From NCBI GenBank assembly GCA_045599645.1, contig JAZRWI010000080.1:15735-79734 (forward strand): a stretch of DNA of 64,000 nt. Direction: 5' to 3'. The DNA is from Candidatus Avigastranaerophilus sp. (GTDB lineage: Bacteria > Muiribacteriota > Ozemobacteria > Ozemobacterales > Ozemobacteraceae). Both the position numbers and the translations under genes were made by a program. Positions 46,226-56,600 of the stretch are shown in pieces; positions within the stretch are counted from its first letter, which is position 1; every line of letters begins with the position of its first letter. The notes beneath the pieces are model-generated. The model saw nothing but the letters and a program-made list of their open reading frames with translations. It was not told where the DNA came from and made no database searches.

Positions 46226-46365
46226 CCTAAGACCTAAGACCTAAGACCTAAGACCTAAGACCTAAGACCTAAGACCTAAGACCTAAGACCTAATACCTAA
46301 GACCTAAGACCTAATACCTAAGACCTAAGACCTAAGACCTAATACCTAATACCTAAGACCTAGTA
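46226..46365. repeat. Heptanucleotide tandem repeat CCTAAGA x~19 (with CCTAATA/CCTAGTA variants), ~65 bp upstream of the 46429 operon
   Basis: Read directly: ~135 bp of perfect or near-perfect 7-bp units. Confidence 0.9.
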
Positions 46366-46428
46366 TCTAATTTTAATTAATTTTGCTTTATTATTATTCG
46401 AAAAGCCTCTATAATATTAATGAAATGA

Positions 46429-48666
46429 TTGGAGGCAATGACCTTGAGAAAGCTTTTACGACACAGCATACTATGTCTTTTATATATATTATCAGTTGCA
46501 ACTGCTAATGCAGCAGTTATTACGACCTCTTCCGGAAAGCCAATAGAAGCTTCTTCTATTTCTTATAAAGACAGCCAGCTATATTTCAACACCGGCTCAG
46601 AAACCAAGTCCTTAGACAGACGGGATATAAGAGATATCAGTTTTTCTGCCAAGACCCAGAAGAAAGAAATCTCTTCAACAGAAATAGGTGATCTGGCTGA
46701 ATATGTTGATAAAGCCCAAAAGCTCATTGCTAAGTATCCTGATGCTCAGTCTGTATTAGTATATACAGAACGCAATCACCGCCATCGCCACGATGGTTCA
46801 AACATTTCCAGACATAGAAGCATAACATACGTTGCCAAAGAAGAAGCACTCTGGGCTGCTCATGTATCAGTTTCATTCGACCCGAACCGTGAAAAGGTTA
46901 AAATTCTTCATGCAAGATGCTTAACCCCGGAGGGTGAAGTTCATACCGTAAAGCCTGACCAGATAAAGATTTCAAAGGGCACCTCCGGTAGTGTTGATTT
47001 TTCAGAAGAACAGGACATGAGCTTCAGTATTCCCGGTGTTACTGTTGGAAGCCTTGTAGACTATAGCTATGAAATCGAAGAATACAATCCTTTTGATTCC
47101 AATCTTTTCAGTGGTGTAAGCTTCTTTCAGCTTACTCGCCCAATCGGTGAAGCAGTGCTTCGTGTTAGCGTCCCGATAGACCAGAAGCTTTACCATATTG
47201 CAAGAAATATCCCCGAAGAACAGTCAAACCCAACAATCATTGAAGCCGTTGACTCTGTTCTCTACACATGGAAAATGGAAGACATGCCGCCAGTTATTTC
47301 AGAACCTCGCATGCCACCTATCCGTGACGTACTTCCTTCAATTTTCTACAGCATCCAGAAAGATCACAAGTATATGCATGCCAAGCTCAAGCCCATGTAT
47401 GATAAGCGCTTTGAGCTTACCGATGATGTAAAAGCCAAGGTTGATGAACTGATAAAAGATTGCAAAAATACTAAAGAAAAAATAGCAAAACTTTATTATT
47501 TCTGCCAGCAGGAAATACGTTATATTTCCATAAAATCTAATCTTGCCAGCAATCAGGTTGGTCATCCGGCAGATGAAACCCTAAAAAATAAATACGGCGA
47601 TTGTACAGACAAAGGTATGCTGCTTTCCGTTATGCTTAAACACATTGGTGTAGAAGCATATCCAGTAACAATACTTACAAATAATGCAGGTAAAGCAGTC
47701 AGAGAATTAGGTATCTTTGACAGCAACCATTGTATAACAGAAGTTCATCTTGATGGCCGCGTATTCTATCTTGATGCTACAGCAACAGATTTCAGGTATC
47801 CATATTTCCGCTCAGATGACCACGATACTGATGCTTTGAACATTATGCTGGGAACCCAGAATAAAGTTCCACTGCCACCACCGGAAGACAATTCTACAAC
47901 TTCAGTCCGTAAGATTAGCTTAGAACCGGACGGCACAACTCATATTGACGTAGAAACAACATGCAATGGCCCGACAGAGGCATCTCTCCGCGGTTATGCA
48001 CGTAATCTGAAGCCGGAAGAATATGAAAAACTGGTCAGACGTTCTATTTCTGCTCAGACAGCTGATTACGTTCTTGAAATAGCCACCCATACCAATCCTC
48101 TTGATTTTGACACTCAATACAAGAGTCATTCAGCATATACTCTTAACAGATTTGCTACAAAATCAGGAAAATACATGATTTTCTCTGTTCCTTACTTTGA
48201 AATCACATTTCCAGAAGTAAGCCTTGAAAAGAGAAATTATGCTATTCAACATGCAACCTCCCGTCAGCAGACAGATCAGCTTTCAATCAAGCTACCGGAA
48301 GGCTATGCTGTAAAATATCTTCCACCGGCCCTCAGAGTTCAAAGTCCATATGTAGAATTTGAAATTATTTATGACCAGCAGGGTGACGAAATAGAAATTA
48401 CACGTAAAATGGCTTTTCCACGAAGATATATACCTGTTGAAGACTACGAAAGCTATAAAGCTGACGCAGAAAAGATTGCACATTCTTCCAAGCAAAAGAT
48501 TTTCTTAGAAAAAATAGAAAAGGAAGAAAGCGAGCCAATCGCTAATGCCTCTGAAACAGTCAATATCAACAATCCTGTTCCTGACACACAAGAAAACTCT
48601 ACTGAAAAAACTCTGGAAGGAACAGCTTCTACTACCGTAGAAGTTCAGGAAGGAGCACAAAAATGA
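46429..48666 (+). CDS. Secreted DUF3857 + transglutaminase-like cysteine protease-fold protein (catalytic Cys/His/Asp present)
   Basis: Signal peptide. Transglutaminase-like core YGDCTDKGMLLSVMLKHIGVEAYPV (Cys), SNHCITEVHLDGRVFYLDATA (His/Asp). The start codon is uncertain: TTG at 46429 or ATG at 46438. Confidence 0.55.
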   Translation: MEAMTLRKLLRHSILCLLYILSVATANAAVITTSSGKPIEASSISYKDSQLYFNTGSETKSLDRRDIRDISFSAKTQKKEISSTEIGDLAEYVDKAQKLIAKYPDAQSVLVYTERNHRHRHDGSNISRHRSITYVAKEEALWAAHVSVSFDPNREKVKILHARCLTPEGEVHTVKPDQIKISKGTSGSVDFSEEQDMSFSIPGVTVGSLVDYSYEIEEYNPFDSNLFSGVSFFQLTRPIGEAVLRVSVPIDQKLYHIARNIPEEQSNPTIIEAVDSVLYTWKMEDMPPVISEPRMPPIRDVLPSIFYSIQKDHKYMHAKLKPMYDKRFELTDDVKAKVDELIKDCKNTKEKIAKLYYFCQQEIRYISIKSNLASNQVGHPADETLKNKYGDCTDKGMLLSVMLKHIGVEAYPVTILTNNAGKAVRELGIFDSNHCITEVHLDGRVFYLDATATDFRYPYFRSDDHDTDALNIMLGTQNKVPLPPPEDNSTTSVRKISLEPDGTTHIDVETTCNGPTEASLRGYARNLKPEEYEKLVRRSISAQTADYVLEIATHTNPLDFDTQYKSHSAYTLNRFATKSGKYMIFSVPYFEITFPEVSLEKRNYAIQHATSRQQTDQLSIKLPEGYAVKYLPPALRVQSPYVEFEIIYDQQGDEIEITRKMAFPRRYIPVEDYESYKADAEKIAHSSKQKIFLEKIEKEESEPIANASETVNINNPVPDTQENSTEKTLEGTASTTVEVQEGAQK

Positions 48667-50756
48667 AAAAGCTATTATTCACACTTTGTTTTATATGTGC
48701 TGTAAATGCAGCCTCTGCAGACGTGCTCTTTCTGAATGAAGGCGAAGAACATATAGGTAACCTGATAAGCATAGAAGGCAACAACATAAGCTTTAAAAAT
48801 CTTAACGCCACCGATAGTCAGGTTTTCGATACTAAGGATGTCGCACATATACTGATTTCCAAAAACAGAACTGGTGATGACATTAATTCAATAGACAAAT
48901 TAACAGACCCCATTGCTGTCAATGTCTTGAACAATCTGCCAGACCCTTCTCAATTTCAGGATTCTGACTACATCACACTTTATCGTCACATGGATTATGA
49001 ATATGTTTCTGAAAACGAAATGATTTGTAAAACACGTGAAATAACCCAGATTCTAAGAGAACCTGGCTTGGACTGTGCAAACCAGTCCTTCTATTACAAT
49101 GTAGACAATACAGACTGCCAGATTGAATTTGCTCATACATATTCACCGGATGGTAAAGTTTACCATCTGACTGATGATGCACTTTCCAACGAATCTCTTA
49201 ATACAACAACCCCTGAATATGCCAAGCTGAAAAAGATTAAAATCGCTATGAAAAAAGTGGATCTTGGCAGCATTATTGACTATTCAGTAGTAAAGCGAAT
49301 AAAGAATATAGACTCATTGAATCCTAAGGTTCTTCGTAATACCTTTGGAGAACGCGAGCCTGTTATTCATGAAGAAATGACCTTCGCTTTCCCGTCTAAT
49401 CTGAAATTCAATAAGCTTGAACTTCAATGGGAAAATAACACTCCGAAATTCACAGAAAAAATCGAAGGCAACAAAACAGTCTGGAATTGGAAATTCTCTG
49501 ACCCGGTCGGATTCATAGCAGAGCAAAACATGCTTCCAATAAGCCGTATTTTCCCAAGAATCGTAATTTTTAACGAATACGATAAAACAACAACGGCTCA
49601 ACAGCTAGCCCAAGCATATCAGGAATGCGCGCCAGACGAAAAACAGCTTAAAGATTTCATGGCAAAAATATGTTTTGAAGACAGTGATACTGATTATGAA
49701 AAGGTCTGCAAGGTTTACAATTTCTTAAATAAAGAAATCAATACTGTTGCCATGGATGCAGACGATATGGGCACATTCAAACCTGTTTCTGCCAATGTTA
49801 CAATTAGCAAGAAATATGCGAACGAACAAGCTTTACATGCCTTAATGCAGGCAATACTAAGTAAATTAGGCATAAAATCTTATGTTGGTTTCACAGCAAG
49901 CAAACGTGAAAAGGTTACTTTTCTTAACCATGCCAATCTGAATTTTGCAACAATACCTGTATTAAAGGTAGTTATTGATGGTAAATCATATTTTACTGAT
50001 GGCGGCTCTATTTATACTCCGTTCTCAGTAATTTCTACAGCTATACAAGGTTCAGAAGCAACATTCCTTGATCAGGATAAGAAAGAATTCTTCACAGAAA
50101 TTCTTCCTCTTCAGACCTATAACTGGAACACAAATACAGAAACAATTCATGTAAAAATACTTGAAGACGGTTCTATGGAAGTAAACGAAACCCAGCTATA
50201 TCGTGGTCCATTCGAAGAAGGCATCAGAGAACTTAAGTCCATTAAAGAAAAAGAAAAGAGCAATTATGCAGAAAGACGTGTTAAACATGTCCATCCAAAT
50301 GCCATTCTTAAATCATACGGCTTTACTGATATGGCTGATTTGAATGCTCCTGCAGTTTACAATATTTCATACACTATTCCTCAAGCTGCTCAAAAGGCTT
50401 CAGACAAAATCATGACCTTCACGAACTTCTGGATAAATTATAATTCTTCCTCTGCAAGCTTGAAAAAGCGCAAGTATCCAATGAAATACTGGGCAACAGA
50501 ATGTACTTCAAAAACCATTATATTTGAGCTTCCAGAAGGCTTTAACTGGGTAAAGTGGGATAAACAGTATAAATACTGCACACCAAATCTGACCTTTACC
50601 TCTAACATCAGCCAGAATAATCGCCAGATTATTTATTCTGATAGATTTGAAGCCAATACAGATGAATTCTTAGACGACAAATCTTACCAGAACTATCGCC
50701 AGTGTATTCTTACAATGAGCGAATTAGCCAACCAGTGGATAATAATTGAAAAGTAA
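48663..50756 (+). CDS. Secreted paralog of the DUF3857/transglutaminase-like protein, catalytic Cys absent (likely pseudo-enzyme)
   Basis: The equivalent core reads YANEQALHALMQAILSKLGIKSYVGF, with no Cys. 4-nt overlap with the upstream gene. Confidence 0.5.
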   Translation: MKKLLFTLCFICAVNAASADVLFLNEGEEHIGNLISIEGNNISFKNLNATDSQVFDTKDVAHILISKNRTGDDINSIDKLTDPIAVNVLNNLPDPSQFQDSDYITLYRHMDYEYVSENEMICKTREITQILREPGLDCANQSFYYNVDNTDCQIEFAHTYSPDGKVYHLTDDALSNESLNTTTPEYAKLKKIKIAMKKVDLGSIIDYSVVKRIKNIDSLNPKVLRNTFGEREPVIHEEMTFAFPSNLKFNKLELQWENNTPKFTEKIEGNKTVWNWKFSDPVGFIAEQNMLPISRIFPRIVIFNEYDKTTTAQQLAQAYQECAPDEKQLKDFMAKICFEDSDTDYEKVCKVYNFLNKEINTVAMDADDMGTFKPVSANVTISKKYANEQALHALMQAILSKLGIKSYVGFTASKREKVTFLNHANLNFATIPVLKVVIDGKSYFTDGGSIYTPFSVISTAIQGSEATFLDQDKKEFFTEILPLQTYNWNTNTETIHVKILEDGSMEVNETQLYRGPFEEGIRELKSIKEKEKSNYAERRVKHVHPNAILKSYGFTDMADLNAPAVYNISYTIPQAAQKASDKIMTFTNFWINYNSSSASLKKRKYPMKYWATECTSKTIIFELPEGFNWVKWDKQYKYCTPNLTFTSNISQNNRQIIYSDRFEANTDEFLDDKSYQNYRQCILTMSELANQWIIIEK

Positions 50757-52515
50757 ATTAATATCTATATTTGTCATATTCGTTATTCCGCTGCTATATT
50801 TCTATGACGAAACCCTAGCAACAACCCTGACCGCCTTAGCAGCTTCGGGTTTTGCTGCTGGTTACGCCCTTGAACAGCAAAAGAAACGACAATTATTACC
50901 AACAAAACTGTTTTTTACAATAGGTTTCATTATTTTTGCATGGCTTTTGCTTGTGGGAAGAAGTGTATGGGTTTCCTGCTCTGAATACGCATCCTGGCCT
51001 GTTTTCATAAAGCTTTGTTCCTTATTGCTGCTAACCTGCTCTGTAGCTTACGAATTAGCTATTAATCCCAAAGGCTTTACAGCTTTTTACAGAATAGCCG
51101 CCTTAACAGGTCTATTGCAAGGAATAATGGCTATAGCAGAATACATTGAAGCCCCACCTATTCCGGCAACCTGGCTAGACCCAGCCTCTAAGGAATTGTT
51201 CAGAACCCGCTGCTGTGGGATAATGACAGACCCCAACCTGTTTGCCGCATTTATGTCTGTTTTATTTATATTAACAATTACTTTAATAATCAAAACAGAT
51301 AATAAAAAAGAACAAATCCTGGCCGCCATTTCACTAATCCTCTGTGGGACAGGCATATTCATGACTTTAAGCCGTGGTGGCTGGGTAGCGTTAGTCGCTG
51401 CTTTAATTGCCTACGGTATTTCCCTTTACATTTCCAAGAAAAAGCTTACAACTTTTGCTACAAAGACCCTAGCAATTACTGCTATTGCCCTTCTAGTAAT
51501 ATTCTTCTCTGGTTCGTTTAAATACAGATTATTTTCCATAACACAACCATTTGACATGACCTTTGCCCAGAGAACCTTGATAAATAAAGGTATTTTTGCA
51601 TCATTAGACAAACTTCCTATCACCGGGCACGGGCTTCATACATTTATTCAGGTATATCCTGTTTATCGTGCAGTCGGCGGCGATTATCCTATGTATGCCC
51701 ACAATGAATACCTGCAGACAATGATAGAAACAGGTTTCCTATCAAGTCTCTTATTGTTTGCAATCACAATTTACCTCTTGCGAATAGCCTATAAATCTGC
51801 AAAGAATAGAAATCTGGATTGTATTGCCTTTTCTTCAGCTTTTGTTTCGTTGCTCGTTCAAAATTTAAGTGGCTTTTCTTCAAGAATGATGCCGACATCT
51901 GTATTGATTGCAATTACAGTTGGAGCAATGCTATCCAGCCAGTTAAAAAAATCTGCTAATCAAAGAAACTACCCGATTATTACTTATACGAATTACGCCA
52001 TTCTAGCCATGTCTGTACTAGTAGTATTCAGCTCAGCCAATATATTCGTAATTCAGAATAAATTTAAACAGGCCAATCAATATCTTGCTTCAAGCGATAT
52101 AAATTCAGCTGCACAAAAATTTGAAGAGATCTTAAAATGGCAGCCGGATAATTCAAGTGCCGCATCTACTCTTGGCATGATTATGTTAATAACCAAACAA
52201 CCCCAAAAAGCAGCTGATATATGGGAAAAAGCCTCTGAACAGAATAAATATGAAGCCAACTTCCCAATAAGTCTCGCCAGATTATATGCTTCAACTAACC
52301 CTGAATTATCTGAAATGTATTACCAAAAAGCCTTAGAATTAGACCCAGCATCAGAAAATTTCAGGGTTGAATATGCAAAATTCTTGATTAGCTTAGACAA
52401 AAAAACTGAAGCAAAAGCTATATTAGAAAAAGGATTAACCTATTCTCCCGGCTTCCACAACGTCTATAAGGGTTTCTTAGAAATCGAACAAATCCTTGCT
52501 GAACTTGGTTCTTAA
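50746..52515 (+). CDS. Polytopic membrane protein with O-antigen-ligase (Wzy_C)-like core and C-terminal TPR repeats
   Basis: ~10 TM helices, a periplasmic loop with the MTLSRGGWVALVAALIAYG Wzy_C-like segment, and a C-terminal TPR region. 11-nt overlap with the upstream gene. Confidence 0.5.
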   Translation: MKSKLISIFVIFVIPLLYFYDETLATTLTALAASGFAAGYALEQQKKRQLLPTKLFFTIGFIIFAWLLLVGRSVWVSCSEYASWPVFIKLCSLLLLTCSVAYELAINPKGFTAFYRIAALTGLLQGIMAIAEYIEAPPIPATWLDPASKELFRTRCCGIMTDPNLFAAFMSVLFILTITLIIKTDNKKEQILAAISLILCGTGIFMTLSRGGWVALVAALIAYGISLYISKKKLTTFATKTLAITAIALLVIFFSGSFKYRLFSITQPFDMTFAQRTLINKGIFASLDKLPITGHGLHTFIQVYPVYRAVGGDYPMYAHNEYLQTMIETGFLSSLLLFAITIYLLRIAYKSAKNRNLDCIAFSSAFVSLLVQNLSGFSSRMMPTSVLIAITVGAMLSSQLKKSANQRNYPIITYTNYAILAMSVLVVFSSANIFVIQNKFKQANQYLASSDINSAAQKFEEILKWQPDNSSAASTLGMIMLITKQPQKAADIWEKASEQNKYEANFPISLARLYASTNPELSEMYYQKALELDPASENFRVEYAKFLISLDKKTEAKAILEKGLTYSPGFHNVYKGFLEIEQILAELGS

Positions 52516-52655
52516 TCATTTACCTTTACCTCAAAAACACGCTTAAAATGCCAATATAAATCTTGAAAAAAAGCCGATTTTAAGCTATTCTAATTTGGCG
52601 GTGTACACAACTGCGTTGCATCAAATATAAAATATATACCGGAAAGAAATGAAGA

Positions 52656-54248
52656 ATGAATATTGATAATGAGCTTGTAGCCCAAATCATCAAGATTAAT
52701 AGTGCTGTAAAGGATTTCGTTTGGGGCCCTTATATGCTTATCCTGATGGTAGGCACAGGAATTTATTTAAGCATCCGTCTTGCATTCCCACAATTTAAGC
52801 ATTTTGCTTTCGCCATTAAAAATACTATTGGCAAAATGTTCAACAAGGATGAAGCTGTAAAAGGCGCAATGACACCGTTCCAGGCAGTATCTACTGCATT
52901 GGCTTCAACAGTTGGGACAGGCAATATTGCAGGTGTTACCGGTGCAATCATTCTTGGCGGTCCTGGTGCAGTATTCTGGATGTGGCTTTCTGGTATATTC
53001 GGCATGTGTACAAAATACTGTGAAGTAACTCTTGCCCTTAAGCATCGTGAAAAGAATGCCAAAGGCGACTGGGTTGGCGGGCCAATGTATTACATAAAAA
53101 ACGGTCTCCATCCAAGAATGAAGTTCCTTGGAACACTCTTCGCTCTTTTTGGCGCTCTCTGTTGTTTTGGTATTGGTAATCTTGCACAGATTAACTCAAT
53201 TTCAACTCAGGTTCTTAATGTAATTAACGCTTTCACAGACTCTAACTATACCTACAACGAAGGAACAGGCTATTATATAGCATTATCAATAGGAATCATT
53301 GTTTCATTCTTTGCAGCTTTCTGCCTTATTGGTGGTATTTCCAAAATAGGTGCAGTAACAGAAAGAATGGTTCCTTCAATGGTAGCCATTTATCTGATTT
53401 GCGCAATCGTTGTTGTAATTGCAAATATCAAACAGGTTCCACAGGTTCTGTATGATATTTTCTATTATGCCTTTAACCCGGATGCAATAAAAGGCGGTGT
53501 AGTAGGAATTACAATAATGACCTGTATCCGCAATGGTGTTGCACGCGGTGTTTTCTCAAATGAAGCAGGCTTAGGTTCTGCTCCAATGGCACACGCCACA
53601 TCTTCAGAAACCAAACCTCACAAACAAGGCTTATATGGTATTTTTGAAGTATTCGTATCGACAATCTGCATCTGCACACTTACAGCTTTTGTAGTTCTTA
53701 CTTCTGGTGTAGCTTATAAGCATTTCGGTGACCCGGCAATGGCAGATTCCAAAACTACAGCCATAGCTTTCCAATCTGTATTCGGCAATAAAGCAGGCTC
53801 ATTAATACTTGCTACAGCATTATTCATGTTTGCTGCTTCAACAATTTTGGGTTGGGCCCTTTACGGTGTAAGATGCGCAGAATATCTCTTTGGCCCTAAA
53901 GTAATCAGACCATACGAAATTGTTTTCTGTGCAGTTATAGTCTTAGGTTCTGTAACTAACTTAACTGTTGTTTGGGATATTGCAGACACTCTTAACGGCC
54001 TGATGGCTATACCAAATCTGATTGCTTTACTTATGCTATCGCCTTGGCTTGCCAAATATTCAAAGTCATATTTTAATAAATATGATAACTACTATAAAAA
54101 GGTAGCAGATGCCAAGGACCTTTCCGCTGAAAAAGCTATTGAAGATGCAGAAAGAGCTATTTTTGAAGCTCAAAAGGCAGCAATGATGGCTGAGGATTCT
54201 ATAGAGGAAGCTTCAAAAGAGCTTAAAGATGACGGTGACGACAATTAA
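52656..54248 (+). CDS. Alanine/glycine:cation symporter (AGCS family)
   Basis: TPFQAVSTALASTVGTGNIAGV signature. ~11 TM helices plus a C-terminal charged tail. Confidence 0.85.
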   Translation: MNIDNELVAQIIKINSAVKDFVWGPYMLILMVGTGIYLSIRLAFPQFKHFAFAIKNTIGKMFNKDEAVKGAMTPFQAVSTALASTVGTGNIAGVTGAIILGGPGAVFWMWLSGIFGMCTKYCEVTLALKHREKNAKGDWVGGPMYYIKNGLHPRMKFLGTLFALFGALCCFGIGNLAQINSISTQVLNVINAFTDSNYTYNEGTGYYIALSIGIIVSFFAAFCLIGGISKIGAVTERMVPSMVAIYLICAIVVVIANIKQVPQVLYDIFYYAFNPDAIKGGVVGITIMTCIRNGVARGVFSNEAGLGSAPMAHATSSETKPHKQGLYGIFEVFVSTICICTLTAFVVLTSGVAYKHFGDPAMADSKTTAIAFQSVFGNKAGSLILATALFMFAASTILGWALYGVRCAEYLFGPKVIRPYEIVFCAVIVLGSVTNLTVVWDIADTLNGLMAIPNLIALLMLSPWLAKYSKSYFNKYDNYYKKVADAKDLSAEKAIEDAERAIFEAQKAAMMAEDSIEEASKELKDDGDDN

Positions 54249-54269
54249 TCATCGCCGCCACCTATAAAA

Positions 54270-55451
54270 TCATTTGAATTCCTTCGCAATTCGTTCAAAA
54301 GCTTCTAAGCAGATTGCCCTAGGCGAAGCCAGACAGGCTCTGTGAATCTGTTTTCCTCTCTTGTCGTCAAAGAACAGACCAGAATTCATAACAACGCCTG
54401 CCTTAGAGTAGATTCTATCAACTACTTCATTGTCCGGCAAACCATAACCAGAAAAATCAACATTTAATGAATAACCACCTTCTGGTCTCCAGACAGTAGC
54501 CATAGGCAAATACTTACGTATATAAGCAATACAATCATCAATGCTTCGATCTAAGTATTTGTTCAAAGCATCCAACCAGGCAGCACCCTTAGTGTAAGCA
54601 GATATTACAGCTTGAATACCAAATGGAGAAGGCATTACAAAATAATCCTTCATAGCTGAATGTAACTTAGGGTCACTGATAATTGCATTTGTCATCGCCA
54701 AGCCTGCTACATTAAATGTTTTATTAACAGCAGTGCATGAAATAAGCCCCTTAGGACCACACGCCTTCATCATTGGCTCAAAGCTCTGACCTTCCCTGAT
54801 AATATCAGAATGAACTTCATCACAGACAATCAGAACATTATTAGCACGGCAGATATCTGCTATCTTTACAAGCTCGTCATGTGTAAACACACGCCCAGTC
54901 GGATTATGAGGGTGGCACATAATCAGCATTGTATTATTTGCGTCCTGACAAGCCTTTTCTAATGCTGCATAATCCACAGTAAAATACTCTTTACCATCAT
55001 TTATCAATTCGACAGTAACATACCTTCTATTATTACCATCAACATCAGAATGGAAGCCGTAGCATGGAGTTAAAACAATAACACCTTCACCCGGCTTTGT
55101 ATAGCGTTTTACACATTGCGAAACAGCTTCATGGGTTCCAGGGAAATAATAAATATCATCTAAGTCAAATTCCCAGTTCTGGCGTGTTTTATACCAGTTG
55201 CAAACAGCTTTTGTGTATTCTTCAGTATAGAGAGAATAGCCAAAAATACCATGCTGAGAAAGCTTAACAAAGTCTTCAATTATTTCAGGTGCGACCCTGA
55301 AATCCATGTCAGCAGTTTCAAGATAAATAGCATCTTCCCTTAAATTCTTTACTCCTAAGGAATCCAAAATATACCAGGGAGACTGCCACTTCGCAGAATA
55401 AGAATATTTTTCGTGTTTTCTATCTATTATTTCATCAAAATTGTAATTCAT
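54270..55451 (-). CDS. PLP-dependent C-S lyase / aminotransferase class I-II (MalY/PatB-like cystathionine beta-lyase)
   Basis: 393 aa with a fold-type I pattern, including the TFNVAG and PHNPTGRVF motifs typical of PatB/MalY. Confidence 0.7.
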   Translation of the reverse strand: MNYNFDEIIDRKHEKYSYSAKWQSPWYILDSLGVKNLREDAIYLETADMDFRVAPEIIEDFVKLSQHGIFGYSLYTEEYTKAVCNWYKTRQNWEFDLDDIYYFPGTHEAVSQCVKRYTKPGEGVIVLTPCYGFHSDVDGNNRRYVTVELINDGKEYFTVDYAALEKACQDANNTMLIMCHPHNPTGRVFTHDELVKIADICRANNVLIVCDEVHSDIIREGQSFEPMMKACGPKGLISCTAVNKTFNVAGLAMTNAIISDPKLHSAMKDYFVMPSPFGIQAVISAYTKGAAWLDALNKYLDRSIDDCIAYIRKYLPMATVWRPEGGYSLNVDFSGYGLPDNEVVDRIYSKAGVVMNSGLFFDDKRGKQIHRACLASPRAICLEAFERIAKEFK

Positions 55452-55460
55452 AATTGTCCA

Positions 55461-56396
55461 TTAAAGCTTTCCAAATTTAATTATTGCAGGTGCTATACAA
55501 CCAATATAGAACATCTGCAGGAAAGGCTTAATCAAGGTTCCGGCTTCCTTTGGGAAATGGCTTGCTACAGCAGGATTAATAACTAATGTTAATACCTGGA
55601 ACAGCATGAAACAGATAAAGAAACGCTTAATTTTTTGTTCTACAGTGCCTTCTACAGAGAAGTTAATAAAACGCTTTTCTATAATCCAACCTAGCAGAAT
55701 ACCAAAACAATAACCAAGATTCTTGTATGAATCCAATACCATCTTTGCAGGGTCTACAATCAGTTTGCCTGCAGAATCATAATCTAATGGATAGCTTTTA
55801 TTGGCAGTATATAGGAGAATTAATATACAACCTAACAACCCACAACCGGAAATCCATAAATCAGAATTTGGCTTATCATAGTATTTATCTAATAACTTCT
55901 GAATTCCAAATAAAACTAAGGTTGTTGTTGTAAAAGCAACTATAACATCCTGAGGAGTGTGAACACCAATATAATTTCTACTAAAAGCAACCAACAAAGC
56001 ACAAATCCATAAAACTATGCATAAAGCTTTTTGGCAACCACCATTCAAAGCAAAGCCCCCAAAACAGGACACAGCATTTGTTGTATGCCCGCTTGGGAAA
56101 GAATACCCTGTTGCTGTCTTGGTTCCTCCGCCCATTGGAATTACTCTCGGATCTTTAATCCATGGACGATAAACGCAAAAAACAACCTTCAATAAACCAT
56201 TTAACATTCTGCTAAAACCAAGGCTTATAAGCATATATTCACCGGCCTTTTTGTTAATGCACCAGTAAATCATGCAAAACAATGCAAACAAACCAGCCAT
56301 TTCACCATAGGTAGTTACGTAGCCAAAAAATTTATCAAAAATACCATTAGTGCTGTCTCTTAAAGACTGCAAAAACAAAAGATAAGAAATATCCAT
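55461..56396 (-). CDS. PAP2-family membrane phosphatase
   Basis: PAP2 motifs: KxxxxxxRP-like, YSFPSGHTT (PSGH), SRNYIGVHTPQDV (SRxxxxxHxxxD). Confidence 0.7.
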   Translation of the reverse strand: MDISYLLFLQSLRDSTNGIFDKFFGYVTTYGEMAGLFALFCMIYWCINKKAGEYMLISLGFSRMLNGLLKVVFCVYRPWIKDPRVIPMGGGTKTATGYSFPSGHTTNAVSCFGGFALNGGCQKALCIVLWICALLVAFSRNYIGVHTPQDVIVAFTTTTLVLFGIQKLLDKYYDKPNSDLWISGCGLLGCILILLYTANKSYPLDYDSAGKLIVDPAKMVLDSYKNLGYCFGILLGWIIEKRFINFSVEGTVEQKIKRFFICFMLFQVLTLVINPAVASHFPKEAGTLIKPFLQMFYIGCIAPAIIKFGKL

Positions 56397-56600
56397 TATT
56401 TCCTCGCATGCATATTATGATTAGGTGAGCAATTTTAACATAATTCAGTTAAATATTGAATTTATCTCAATTGAAAGTTATTTGCAAACTTCTTTTCAAC
56501 ACAACATACTATTCTAAGCCTTTAAGAAAAAGCTTTTAGATATGGCACAACTCAATAATAGTGTTATAATACTACTGTAACTTTTAAAGGAAGCCGTAAC

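Noticed and set aside
46226-46365. CCTAAGA repeats as a telomere-like or integrated eukaryotic sequence
   Set aside because: The flanks are ordinary bacterial genes with RBSs and operon structure, so a bacterial microsatellite is the simplest reading.
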